Of a stretch of 64,000 nucleotides of DNA, positions 53,973-63,037 are shown in pieces. The notes under the pieces were generated by a model. The model was given only the letters and a program-made list of their open reading frames with translations. It had not been told where the DNA came from and searched no databases. Made by a program: the position numbers and the translations under genes. Positions within the stretch are counted from its first letter, which is position 1. Each line of letters starts with the position of its first letter. This DNA comes from Planctomycetota bacterium (GTDB taxonomy: Bacteria; Planctomycetota; B15-G4), in assembly GCA_038212275.1 (NCBI GenBank), contig JBBQUR010000012.1, positions 1-64,000 of the forward strand, in the 5' to 3' direction.

Positions 53973-55057
53973 TGCGCGCAGTGCTGGTGCTGGCGCTGGT
54001 CGCCGCGGGGCTGCTCGCCTGGGACCGCGCACTCGTGCAGCGCGAAGAGGCGGGACGCGCCGCGGGGCTGCGCATCGCGCCGCTGCTGCCGGCGTCCGAG
54101 CGCGAGGGGCGCTCCGTCGCGGCACTGCGCATCGAGACGGCCTCCGGGGAAAGCTGGATCTACGGCCAGTCCAACGGCATGTGGCGCTGCCTCAACTGGA
54201 AGGGCGCCATCGCGAACGGCGTGGACATCGCGGAGATCGCGGCGCGGGTCGTCAACGCGCGCGGCATGCCGCTGAGCGATGACCCCGCGCGTCCGCAGGA
54301 CTACGGCTTCGACGTGCCGGGGATGCTCACGCTCAGCCTGCACGGCCCGAAGCTGGACCTGCTCGACGCGACGAAGGACCGGCTCATCGCGCTGGATCTC
54401 GGCCGCCCGCTTTCCAGCCAGGCGGGCAGTTTCGTGCGGCGCCACGGCAGCACCGAGGTCTGGTCCACGGATCTCGACGTGAGCGGCCTGCTTGGCCGCA
54501 ACGATCACCCGCGCGAGCCGCCGCTGCTCGAACGCACGCTCGTGCCGATGTCCTGGCCGGGGCAGTCGCCGCGTATCCGGCGGCTGCGCATCGAGCGCGA
54601 GGGCGAGCCGCCCTTCGACCTGATCCTCAAGGAGCGCAGGCTGAACAGTGACGAAGCGCTGGCGGGCGTCGCACCGTTCGAGTGGTTGATGCGCGTGGAT
54701 GGCCGCGAGTCGCCCTGCGTCGAAATCCTCGCGATCCACTACAGCGCCTACATGGTGCTGGCGGAGTGGGGGGCGATCGTCGATCCGGCGCTGTACCCGC
54801 GGCTCGGCTTCGACAAGCCGCGCGCGCAGGTGCTGCTTGTCCCGCCGGAGGGCGACCCGCTCAACCTGCTGCTTGGCGGGCGCGGGCCCAGCGGGCGCTC
54901 CGTGGTGCTCGACAGCGTCAGCGGGCTGATCATGGAGATCGAGCCGGTACAGGAGGCCATGCTGTTTCCGAAGGCCGAGGCGTTTTCCGGCGCTGCCCTC
55001 GAGAACCCATGGCAGGCCATCGTCGAGCATCCGAGCCGGGGCAAGGGATCGCGCTGA
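53969..55057 (+). CDS. DUF4340-like membrane-anchored protein
   Basis: ATGA overlap; N-terminal TM; duplicated (Y/L)GFD.P...L.LG pattern; usual position after gldG-like genes. Confidence 0.72.
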   Translation: MMRAVLVLALVAAGLLAWDRALVQREEAGRAAGLRIAPLLPASEREGRSVAALRIETASGESWIYGQSNGMWRCLNWKGAIANGVDIAEIAARVVNARGMPLSDDPARPQDYGFDVPGMLTLSLHGPKLDLLDATKDRLIALDLGRPLSSQAGSFVRRHGSTEVWSTDLDVSGLLGRNDHPREPPLLERTLVPMSWPGQSPRIRRLRIEREGEPPFDLILKERRLNSDEALAGVAPFEWLMRVDGRESPCVEILAIHYSAYMVLAEWGAIVDPALYPRLGFDKPRAQVLLVPPEGDPLNLLLGGRGPSGRSVVLDSVSGLIMEIEPVQEAMLFPKAEAFSGAALENPWQAIVEHPSRGKGSR

Positions 55058-55068
55058 CCTCGGCTCGG

Positions 55069-55131
55069 GTGATGCGCGCGGCGTGTGGCGTGATGCGCGT
55101 GGCGTGTGGCGTGATGCGCGTGGCGCGGCCA
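55069..55131. repeat. Intergenic 21-bp tandem repeat (x3) built from 7-bp subunits
   Basis: GTGATGC-GCGTGGC-GTGTGGC repeated. Confidence 0.9.
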
Positions 55132-55194
55132 CTTTGCTAGAACCGTCGATCCGCAGCGCACGGAGCTGCCTCGCCCGCCGCCGCTTCTCATCCC

Positions 55195-57309
55195 ATGGAA
55201 ACCTGCCGCATGCTGCCCAGATCGTTCCCGTCGTGTGTCGTGTCGTCCGGCGTGATGCTTCTTGCCACGTCCGGCATGGTCTTCGGGCAGGGCGCGGACG
55301 CGTCCCGCACGCAGCCTTCGTCGGGCGATGCGGCCGAGCCCATCGCCACGGCGCGCAGTCTCGACCCGGCGAACTTCGACCGGAACTGCAAGCCGTGCGA
55401 CGACGTCTACCAGTTCACCAACGGCGCCTGGCTCACGAGCAATCCGGTGCCGCCCGAGTACAGCTCATGGACGGTTTTCCGCGAGGTTGCGGAGCGCAAC
55501 AACCTGGTGCTCAGGCAGATCCTCGAGGCCGCCGTCGCCGCGAAGGACGCGCCGAAGGGCAGCGTCACGCAGCTCATCGGCGACTACTACTGCTCGTGCA
55601 TGGACGAGGGGCGGGCCGAGGCCGAAGGCCTGCAGCCGCTGGCGCCCGAGCTCGCGCGCATCGCGGCCGTCACCGATGCCGCGGGCCTGCAGGAGCTGCT
55701 CGCGCAGATGCACGCGCAGGGCGGCGGCCAGCTCTTCGCCTTCTTCGCGGATCAGGACGCCGCCGACGCCACGCAGGTCATCGCGCAGGCCTTCCAGGGC
55801 GGACTCGGGCTGCCGGATCGCGACTACTACACGCGTGACGACGAGCGCTCCGTGTCGCTGCGCGCGGAATACCTGGCGCACGTCACGCGCATGTTCGGCC
55901 TGCTTGGCGAGGATGCTCCGACGGCCGCAGCGCATGCCGCCGAGGTGCTCGAGGTCGAGACGCGCCTCGCCCAGGCCTCGCTCACCAATGTGGAACTGCG
56001 CGACCCGCAGGCCAGCTACCACCGCATGAGCCTCGCGGAGGCCGCGGCCACGACGCCCGGCTTCGACTGGACGGCGTTCCTTCAGCGCGTGGGCGCCGGA
56101 TCCGTCGGCGTGATCAACGTGGGCCAGCCCGGCTTCTTCAAGGAGATGGGGGCCATGCTGGAGCAGGTCCCGGTCGACACGTGGAAGACCTATCTGCGCT
56201 GGCATCTCGTGCACGACTTCGCGCCCGTGCTCAGCAACGCCTTCGTGAACGAGAACTTCGCGTTCTTCGGCACGACGCTCACCGGCCAGCAGGAGCTCCA
56301 GCCGCGCTGGAAGCGCTGCCTGCAGCGCACCGACCGCGCGCTCGGCGAGGCCCTGGGCCAGGCCTACGTGGCGAAGACGTTCACGCCGGCGGCCAAGGCC
56401 AAGGCCAGGGAGATGGTGGCCAATCTGCAGGCCGCGTTCCGTGATCGCCTGAACGCCGCCACCTGGATGTCCGCCGACACGCGGCGCCAGGCGCTCGAGA
56501 AGCTCGAGTCCTTCACGCCCAAGATCGGCTATCCCGATCAATGGCGCGACTACTCTTCGCTGATGACGGACCGCGGCTCCTTCGCGCTCAACGTGCAGCG
56601 CGCCGATGCCTTCGAGTTCCGCCGCGTCCTGGGCAAGATCGGCAAGCCGGTGGATCGTGGCGAGTGGGGCATGTCGCCGCCGACGGTGAACGCCTACTAC
56701 AACCCGGCGCTCAACGAGATCGTTTTCCCCGCGGGCATCCTGCAACCTCCGTACTTCGGCGAGGCCCAGGACGACGCGGTCAACTACGGCGCGATGGGCG
56801 CCGTGATCGGCCACGAGATGACGCACGGCTTCGACGACCAGGGCAGCCAGTACGACGCCCGGGGCAACCTGCGCGACTGGTGGACCGAGGCGGACCGCGC
56901 CGAGTTCATGCGCCGCGCGGGCGTCGTCGAGAAGCAGTTCAGCGACTATGTCGCGATCGACGACCTGCACGTGAACGGCGCCTTGACGCTGGGCGAGAAC
57001 ATCGCCGATCTCGGCGGCCTGACCATCGCGTACGAGGCCTATCTCAAGTCGCTGGAGGGCAAGCCCGAGCCGGCGCCGATCGACGGCTTCACGCACCAGC
57101 AGCGCTTCTTTCTCGCGTGGGCGCAGGCGTGGCGAACCAACATGAAGCCCGAGGCGCTGCGGCTCATGGTCAACACCAATCCGCACTCGCCCGGACGCTT
57201 CCGCGCGATGGGGCCGCTGTCCAACATGCCGGCCTTTTTTGCGGCTTTCGGCTGCACGGAGGGTGAAGCCATGGTGCGCCCGGAGGCCGAACGCGCGCTG
57301 ATCTGGTAG
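55195..57309 (+). CDS. M13 family zinc metallopeptidase (PepO/ECE-like), exported
   Basis: GLGLPDRDYY, KIGYPD, VNAYY, HEMTH, GENIAD and HSP motifs. Confidence 0.95.
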   Translation: METCRMLPRSFPSCVVSSGVMLLATSGMVFGQGADASRTQPSSGDAAEPIATARSLDPANFDRNCKPCDDVYQFTNGAWLTSNPVPPEYSSWTVFREVAERNNLVLRQILEAAVAAKDAPKGSVTQLIGDYYCSCMDEGRAEAEGLQPLAPELARIAAVTDAAGLQELLAQMHAQGGGQLFAFFADQDAADATQVIAQAFQGGLGLPDRDYYTRDDERSVSLRAEYLAHVTRMFGLLGEDAPTAAAHAAEVLEVETRLAQASLTNVELRDPQASYHRMSLAEAAATTPGFDWTAFLQRVGAGSVGVINVGQPGFFKEMGAMLEQVPVDTWKTYLRWHLVHDFAPVLSNAFVNENFAFFGTTLTGQQELQPRWKRCLQRTDRALGEALGQAYVAKTFTPAAKAKAREMVANLQAAFRDRLNAATWMSADTRRQALEKLESFTPKIGYPDQWRDYSSLMTDRGSFALNVQRADAFEFRRVLGKIGKPVDRGEWGMSPPTVNAYYNPALNEIVFPAGILQPPYFGEAQDDAVNYGAMGAVIGHEMTHGFDDQGSQYDARGNLRDWWTEADRAEFMRRAGVVEKQFSDYVAIDDLHVNGALTLGENIADLGGLTIAYEAYLKSLEGKPEPAPIDGFTHQQRFFLAWAQAWRTNMKPEALRLMVNTNPHSPGRFRAMGPLSNMPAFFAAFGCTEGEAMVRPEAERALIW

Positions 57310-57336
57310 CCGGTCCGCACGCTACAGACGTCCCCG

Positions 57337-57387
57337 GCGGAAGCCGAAGGAACTCAGGTCACCACGACCTGCACCTTCGGCTTCCGC
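57337..57387. promoter_or_regulatory. Long hairpin ending 4 nt before a TTG start
   Basis: GCGGAAGCCGAAGG pairs with CCTTCGGCTTCCGC, with an inner CAGGTC/GACCTG stem. Confidence 0.55.
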
Positions 57388-57391
57388 TGCA

Positions 57392-60300
57392 TTGAATCCA
57401 AAAGTCCTCCACATCGCGCTCGTCGCGTGTCTGGCCATGCTCTTTGCGGCGGGGCCGGCATTGCACGCCGAGCTCACTTCAGCCGAGGTCAAGCAATTGG
57501 CCAAGCTGGAGAAGAAGCTGGCCAAGCAGCAGCTCAAGATCGAGAGCACGCAGGCTCACGTCGTCGACTACGCGGCGCAGCTCGTCGACGCGGAGGCCCA
57601 GCTCGCGGCCGCACTGCTGTTGCCTGTCGGCACGCCGGAGGAGCAGAAGGCCGCGGCGAAGGCACTGAAGGCCGCGCAGAAGCTCGTCACGAAGCTGGGC
57701 AAGAAGGTCGTGACGTGGGGCGGCAAGCTGGACAAGGCCGAGCTGAAGCTGGACGGCATCGAGTCCGACATCGAGGTCATTGTCCCCGACTATTTCGCAG
57801 ACAGTTCCGACGAGGGCTCCGGCGACGGTGACCCCGGTGGCGGTGACCCCGGTGGTGGCGACCCCGGTGGTGGCGACCCCGGTGGCGGTGACCCGACGGG
57901 CTCCGGCCTCGACCCGGCGATGGCGCTGCCCTTGATGGCCGTGGATTGCGGCGATCTCAACGGCTACACGTCCACCGAAGCCGGTTACGAGCTGCTGACC
58001 GAGACCACGGCGCCGGCAGGCGTGTCGGTGTCGCCCGCGCCGCTCGACACCGTGCATGTCGCGCACTTCTTCGCAGTGGCCGGCTACGTGGCCTTTCCGT
58101 CCAGCGTCGTCTCTCTCGACCCCGATCAGGTCGGCGAGCGCCGCAAGCTCACGGCGCTGGTGCTCGCCAATCCGACCACGCTCACGCTCTCGGGCCTGCC
58201 GGTGAACACGGAGGTCTCCGTGCTGCTGGAACTGGGAGCGACCGCGCCGTGGGTCGAGCTGGTGGACGGAAATTGGACCGGCATCTCCTCCTCCACAAAG
58301 GGAATGCGCGTCGAGCGGGACGGGCCATCTGCCGGCACGCACTGGGAAAAGGTCGCGCAGGATCTGCGTTGCGTCACCGCCGTGGCGTCCACCACGTTCA
58401 GCAACGACATCGGCGCCATCCTCCCGCTGCGCGTGCTGGGCACGACGGATGGAACGGGCCGCCTCGCGCTGCGGCTTTCCGCGGACCCCGGCAACCCGGT
58501 GCTGCTGGCGGCCTTCCGCGTGTGGCAGCGCGAACGCCTGCCGATCGTGTATCGCCGCGGCGCGGGGGCGGCGCTGCAGAGCGGGGAGGCGGCGGCGGAC
58601 GCGTTCGTGGCGGCCTTCAATGCCGGCGATCTCGACGCGGCTCAGCAGCTTGCGGAGTCGCTCGCCGATCCGCTGCTGCGCGGCGTCGCGCTGCTGCACG
58701 TCGCCGGCTGGCTGGACGGCAGTCGCGACGGCCGGCTCTCGCTGCTTCCCGCCGCGCGCGCGGCGCTCGTCCAGGCTGCCTCGCTCGGACATGCCATCGC
58801 CACGGAGCTGATCGAGCAGACGGACCACATGCAGCGCGCGCTCGATCACTTCGCGGCGCGCGGCTACACCTTCAGCCACCTGTGCGCGTCGGAAGGCGGC
58901 AAGGGCTTTCTCAACCCGGACTGCGCCGGGCAGCTGTACTCCAAGCTCGGCCAGGCCGACAGCAACGTGAATTTCCAGATCGGGCTGCGCGAGCTGCGCG
59001 GGCTGATCGCCGGCGGCGCGGCCGGCGGCGTCGCTCCCAGCGCGCTCACGGACCTCGCGGCATGGAATGCGGGCGTGCTCGGCGACGCATCCTTCGAGCC
59101 CTCGCCGCTCGTGTTCGCGGCGCTCAAGCTGACCGGCACGGGAATCACCGCGATGAACCCGCTGCTCGCATTCAAGGAATCCGACAGCGAGTCGCTCGCG
59201 GTGCTCGACATGGCGCGCGACATCTTCGGCGACTTCATCGACCTCGGCTTCGCGGCGGTCGACTTCCCGCACGACCAGGAGCTGAAGCTCATGCGCGCCT
59301 ATGTCGATGCGGGCCAGCATCCCAAGGACTGGACCTCGGAGCAGCTCGATCTCTTCAGCACCGGTGAGCTGGCCGACGCGTGGTGGAATGGCCAGGTCAG
59401 TCCGGTGACCGACGTCGTCGCGGCGCCGGCCTGGGCCGATGCGCAGCGTGCCCTGCAACAGACGCTGGTCGCCTTCTTCAACGAATGGATGGACCTGCGC
59501 CTGCAGCGCAACGAACTGGGCGGCGGCCAGGGCGATGACGTGGAATTGCTGCTGCAGCTCTACGGAGTGCTGGCCAGCCGACGGCTGGGCAGCGAGCGCC
59601 TGCTGGCCAGCCACCTCGACGACCTCGTGCAGTTCGCGCTGGAGGATTCCGGCTCGGTGGCCGACGGCTACTGGGCCGGCTCGATGGCCGATGTCGAGCA
59701 CACGGGCGAGTACACGGCCGACCCGCTGCTGGCCTCGCGTCCGGTCTTCGGCGACACGGCGCGTACGGTCCTCATGTCGGGACTCAACGGGCGTCACGTG
59801 CTGGGTGCGGTCGACCCGGACGCCGATTTCGCGGGCGTCAACAACGCAGGGCGCACGCGCTTCAAGTCCTTCCATTACACGACGCTGGGGCCCTCCGCCG
59901 TCGCGAACAACGCGCTGGACATCTTCCTCAACGGGCGCGGGACGGTGCCGGCGCTGACGCTCGCGTCCCGCGGAAGCCTGGGCCCGAGCCATCCGCTGGT
60001 GACCGACCTGCGTGCGTGGGCCACGGGCTGGCGCGACGATGCGCTGCTCACGCCGGGCGCCGCCTTCGGCAAGCCGCTTGGTTTTCCGGCCCCTGCGCAG
60101 TGGCCGTCAGGTGTCGTCGGCACGGGCGGCTACTGGTACACGCAGAATGCCGTCGCCGGCGACAACGGCCAGTGGACGACGGGTGAAGTGGCCTATGTGT
60201 TCAGCCTGCTGAGCACCGCCTACCGCCAGAGCAACGCCGCGGACCGCTGGCAGTTCCTGCTGCCCGCGGCGCGCATGTTCCGCACGGTGGCCGCGTGGGA

Positions 60301-61501
60301 GGATGCCGGCCAGCCATCCGGCGCGGCCGGCACCGAAGCATGGGCAGCCGCGCAGCTCAAGGGCGGATCGCGCTTCGGCATGCTCGTGCTGGAGAACCTC
60401 GACGACCTCGCTTCCGACCCGACGCTCACGACCGTCACCGACCCCGTGCTCGGCAACACGACCTACGTGGATGCCGCGCTTGTCGAACGCATGCAGGCCT
60501 GGGTCCTGTCGGCGTTCTCGGATCAGGGCCCGGTTCTGCGTTACGCCCTGGCCGACGTGGTCGCGTGCGCTCCTCACAGCGGCAAGAATCCGACGGCCAT
60601 CACGCAGGCCTACGAGGGCGCGCTGCACTACTTCCGCGCCGCGTGGCCGCTGCTCTGCAGGCAGGCGATGCACACCGATCGCATTTTCGCCAACGTGGGC
60701 GGCGCACAGCGCGAGCTGATCGCCGCCTGGACCGGCGCCGCCACGCTGGAGGGCGCGCCGTTCCGCCCGCTGCTCGGCTGGAGCGGCTCGAATCTCGATC
60801 TCGCCGTGCTCGTCAACCATCGGGACGTGGCGGGAACCACGGTCTCGGCCCTCGTCTACAACTACGGCGTGTCGACGGCCAGCGTGAACCTCACGCTCGG
60901 TGCGGGACTGAAGCCCGGCAGCTGGCTGGTCGAGGTGGGCGCGGCCTTGCAGGGTTGCGACGTCTTTCCCTCCGGCGCCAGCAGCAGCAGCATGATCGAC
61001 AAGCGCGGCCTCGGCGTGCGCATCGCGATCAGCGTGCCGCCCGGGTTCAATCTCGTCCGCCTCACGCGCACCGGCAGCGTGGCGGCGGCCCAGACCTTCG
61101 ACCTCGTGCTCGATCCGCCGAGGCTCGTCGAGGCCGGCAATGGCGCCTACTCGATCCAGGTGCGGGTCGCCAACGCGGGTGTGACGGCCACGCCGGCCAG
61201 CACCCTCGCGCTCTACGTCGCGGCCGTGAACGCGAGCGGCACGTTGGCGGTCCCGGCCGCGCTGCCCTCCGAGGCACTGCTCTCGTCGAGCAACGTGAGC
61301 CTCGGCGGTGCGACGGGTTTCGTCCTTCCCCAGCAGACCCTCACGTACAGCCTGCCGTCCGGCTCGCCTCTCGTGGGCCTCCTGCAGTCGGGCCTCGGGC
61401 TGCAGTGTCGCGCGGTCATCCTGTCCAACAGCGCGGAGTGGGATTCTTCCAACAACGAACAGTCGCGCTGCTGGTTCCTCTCGGATCTCGCCGACGACTG
61501 A
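57392..61501 (+). CDS. Large exported hypothetical protein (1369 aa)
   Basis: Signal peptide (ALHA-E), Lys-rich coiled coil, GDPGG linker, long globular region and CARDB-like C-terminus (VRVANAG...SSNN); consistent codon bias. Confidence 0.85.
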   Translation: MNPKVLHIALVACLAMLFAAGPALHAELTSAEVKQLAKLEKKLAKQQLKIESTQAHVVDYAAQLVDAEAQLAAALLLPVGTPEEQKAAAKALKAAQKLVTKLGKKVVTWGGKLDKAELKLDGIESDIEVIVPDYFADSSDEGSGDGDPGGGDPGGGDPGGGDPGGGDPTGSGLDPAMALPLMAVDCGDLNGYTSTEAGYELLTETTAPAGVSVSPAPLDTVHVAHFFAVAGYVAFPSSVVSLDPDQVGERRKLTALVLANPTTLTLSGLPVNTEVSVLLELGATAPWVELVDGNWTGISSSTKGMRVERDGPSAGTHWEKVAQDLRCVTAVASTTFSNDIGAILPLRVLGTTDGTGRLALRLSADPGNPVLLAAFRVWQRERLPIVYRRGAGAALQSGEAAADAFVAAFNAGDLDAAQQLAESLADPLLRGVALLHVAGWLDGSRDGRLSLLPAARAALVQAASLGHAIATELIEQTDHMQRALDHFAARGYTFSHLCASEGGKGFLNPDCAGQLYSKLGQADSNVNFQIGLRELRGLIAGGAAGGVAPSALTDLAAWNAGVLGDASFEPSPLVFAALKLTGTGITAMNPLLAFKESDSESLAVLDMARDIFGDFIDLGFAAVDFPHDQELKLMRAYVDAGQHPKDWTSEQLDLFSTGELADAWWNGQVSPVTDVVAAPAWADAQRALQQTLVAFFNEWMDLRLQRNELGGGQGDDVELLLQLYGVLASRRLGSERLLASHLDDLVQFALEDSGSVADGYWAGSMADVEHTGEYTADPLLASRPVFGDTARTVLMSGLNGRHVLGAVDPDADFAGVNNAGRTRFKSFHYTTLGPSAVANNALDIFLNGRGTVPALTLASRGSLGPSHPLVTDLRAWATGWRDDALLTPGAAFGKPLGFPAPAQWPSGVVGTGGYWYTQNAVAGDNGQWTTGEVAYVFSLLSTAYRQSNAADRWQFLLPAARMFRTVAAWEDAGQPSGAAGTEAWAAAQLKGGSRFGMLVLENLDDLASDPTLTTVTDPVLGNTTYVDAALVERMQAWVLSAFSDQGPVLRYALADVVACAPHSGKNPTAITQAYEGALHYFRAAWPLLCRQAMHTDRIFANVGGAQRELIAAWTGAATLEGAPFRPLLGWSGSNLDLAVLVNHRDVAGTTVSALVYNYGVSTASVNLTLGAGLKPGSWLVEVGAALQGCDVFPSGASSSSMIDKRGLGVRIAISVPPGFNLVRLTRTGSVAAAQTFDLVLDPPRLVEAGNGAYSIQVRVANAGVTATPASTLALYVAAVNASGTLAVPAALPSEALLSSSNVSLGGATGFVLPQQTLTYSLPSGSPLVGLLQSGLGLQCRAVILSNSAEWDSSNNEQSRCWFLSDLADD
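57827..57901 (+). repeat. In-frame 15-bp repeat (x5) encoding GDPGG
   Basis: GGYGACCCCGGTGGY units. Confidence 0.92.
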
Positions 61502-61589
61502 GGCTCCGTGCGGGAGGGCGCGGCGGCGCGGAGCGTGTGACGCTTTGCCGTGCCGTGCGGCTCGGCGTGGTGCGGCGTACCGCACACAT

Positions 61590-61644
61590 CGCATCGTCCC
61601 GCCTCGCCTCGCACCGCCTCGCACCGCCCCGCCTCGCATCGCAT
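61590..61644. repeat. Intergenic 5-bp tandem repeat (x11)
   Basis: CGCCT/CGCAC/CGCAT units. Confidence 0.8.
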
Positions 61645-61747
61645 CGGGACTTGTGCGGCCGCCGGCCGCGCGACATCCTGTGAGCGGGCTGCTGTCCGAG
61701 CCATGTCTGCCCGGGAGTCGGTCGCGCTTTTCCCCGTGGTGACGCTC

Positions 61748-62851
61748 ATGTCGCATGCTTCGCTCACTCTGCTCCTCGGTCTCATGCTGGCGCCCTCGGC
61801 GTGCGCGCTGCAGTCTGCCGAGCACGCGCCTGCGGAGCCCGCGCCCGCCGAGCTCGGCCAGGTGCACTGGTTGCGCGACCTCGATGCCGGCCTGGCCGCC
61901 TCGCGGCAGAGCGGCCTGCCGGTCTTCGTGCTCTTCCAGGAAGTGCCGGGGTGCGCGACCTGCGTGGCCTTCGGGCAGGACGCGCTCAGCCAGCCCTTGC
62001 TCGTCGAGGCGATCGAGACGCTCTTCGTGCCCGTGTGCATCGACAACAGCGCCGGCGGGAAGGACGCCGAGATGCTCCGTCGCTACGACGAGCCTGCCTT
62101 CAACTTTCCCGTGTGTCGCTTCTTCGGGCCGGATGGCACCGAGTTGCTGCCGCGCAGGGACCGCATCTGGACTTCGGGCGGCATCGCGACGCGCATGGTC
62201 GGCGCCCTGGCCGCCGCCGGGCGCCCGGCGCCCGAGTGGCTGCTGCTCGCGGAGGCAGGTCTCGCCCTCGAGCGCCAGCAGACCGCGACCTTCGCCATGT
62301 CGTGCTTCTGGGAGGGCGAGGCGCACCTCGGCGCACTGGAGGGCGTGGTGTCCACGCGGCCCGGTTTCGTCGCCGGCCAGGAAGTGGTGGAGGTGGCCTA
62401 CGATCCGACGCGCGTGGCCTACGGCACGCTGGTGAAGGAGGCTGGCTCGATGCAGTGTGCGAGCACGGTCTGGGCGCACGCGGGCGAGCAGCTCGCTGCC
62501 GCGAAAGAACTCGTGGGCGAGCGCGCGCGAGAGCTCACCGGACCAGTCCGCGATGCCGGGGCCGACGACCGCACGAGGAGCCTGGCCGGCCGGCCCGCCG
62601 CGTACCTGCCGTTGCTGCCCGTGCAGGCCGCGCGGGTGAATGCGGCGCTGGCGGGAGGCGCTGCCATCGGGCCCTGGCTCTCGCCGCGACAGCTCGCGCT
62701 GCTGGCCGCCGTGGAGGCCGCCCTGCGAGCCGACAGCCACGCCCTCGACGGTCTCGTGCGCCCCCTTGTCGTCGACAAGCTGCCCGCCTACCAGGCGGCG
62801 CTCGCCGGCCGACTGGCGGCGGCCGTGCCAGAAGCTCCGCGGAACTCCTGA
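61748..62851 (+). CDS. Exported thioredoxin-like protein (VPG-C/U-xx type) fused to an MsrA-like domain
   Basis: Signal peptide; LFQEVPGCATC; ATFAMSCFWEGE...VVSTRPGF...EVVEVAYDP. Confidence 0.75.
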   Translation: MSHASLTLLLGLMLAPSACALQSAEHAPAEPAPAELGQVHWLRDLDAGLAASRQSGLPVFVLFQEVPGCATCVAFGQDALSQPLLVEAIETLFVPVCIDNSAGGKDAEMLRRYDEPAFNFPVCRFFGPDGTELLPRRDRIWTSGGIATRMVGALAAAGRPAPEWLLLAEAGLALERQQTATFAMSCFWEGEAHLGALEGVVSTRPGFVAGQEVVEVAYDPTRVAYGTLVKEAGSMQCASTVWAHAGEQLAAAKELVGERARELTGPVRDAGADDRTRSLAGRPAAYLPLLPVQAARVNAALAGGAAIGPWLSPRQLALLAAVEAALRADSHALDGLVRPLVVDKLPAYQAALAGRLAAAVPEAPRNS

Positions 62852-63037
62852 GCTCCGTATGCCGAGGGCAGCGCTGCGTTCCTCACGAGGTCGCGCGGCG
62901 TGCGGTCCGTCGGCTGGGCGCTGTCGCGGCTTCGATGGCCGCGGTGATCGACGCGAGTCGCTAGACTCGTGGGCGACTGGCGGCGGTCGGGCAGACTGTG
63001 CCGCGGAGGTTTCCATGCCCACGCAGCACGGTTCCGC

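Noticed and set aside
61930..61965. Selenocysteine recoding in the thioredoxin-like gene
   Set aside because: The codons are TGC and the ORF has no in-frame TGA.
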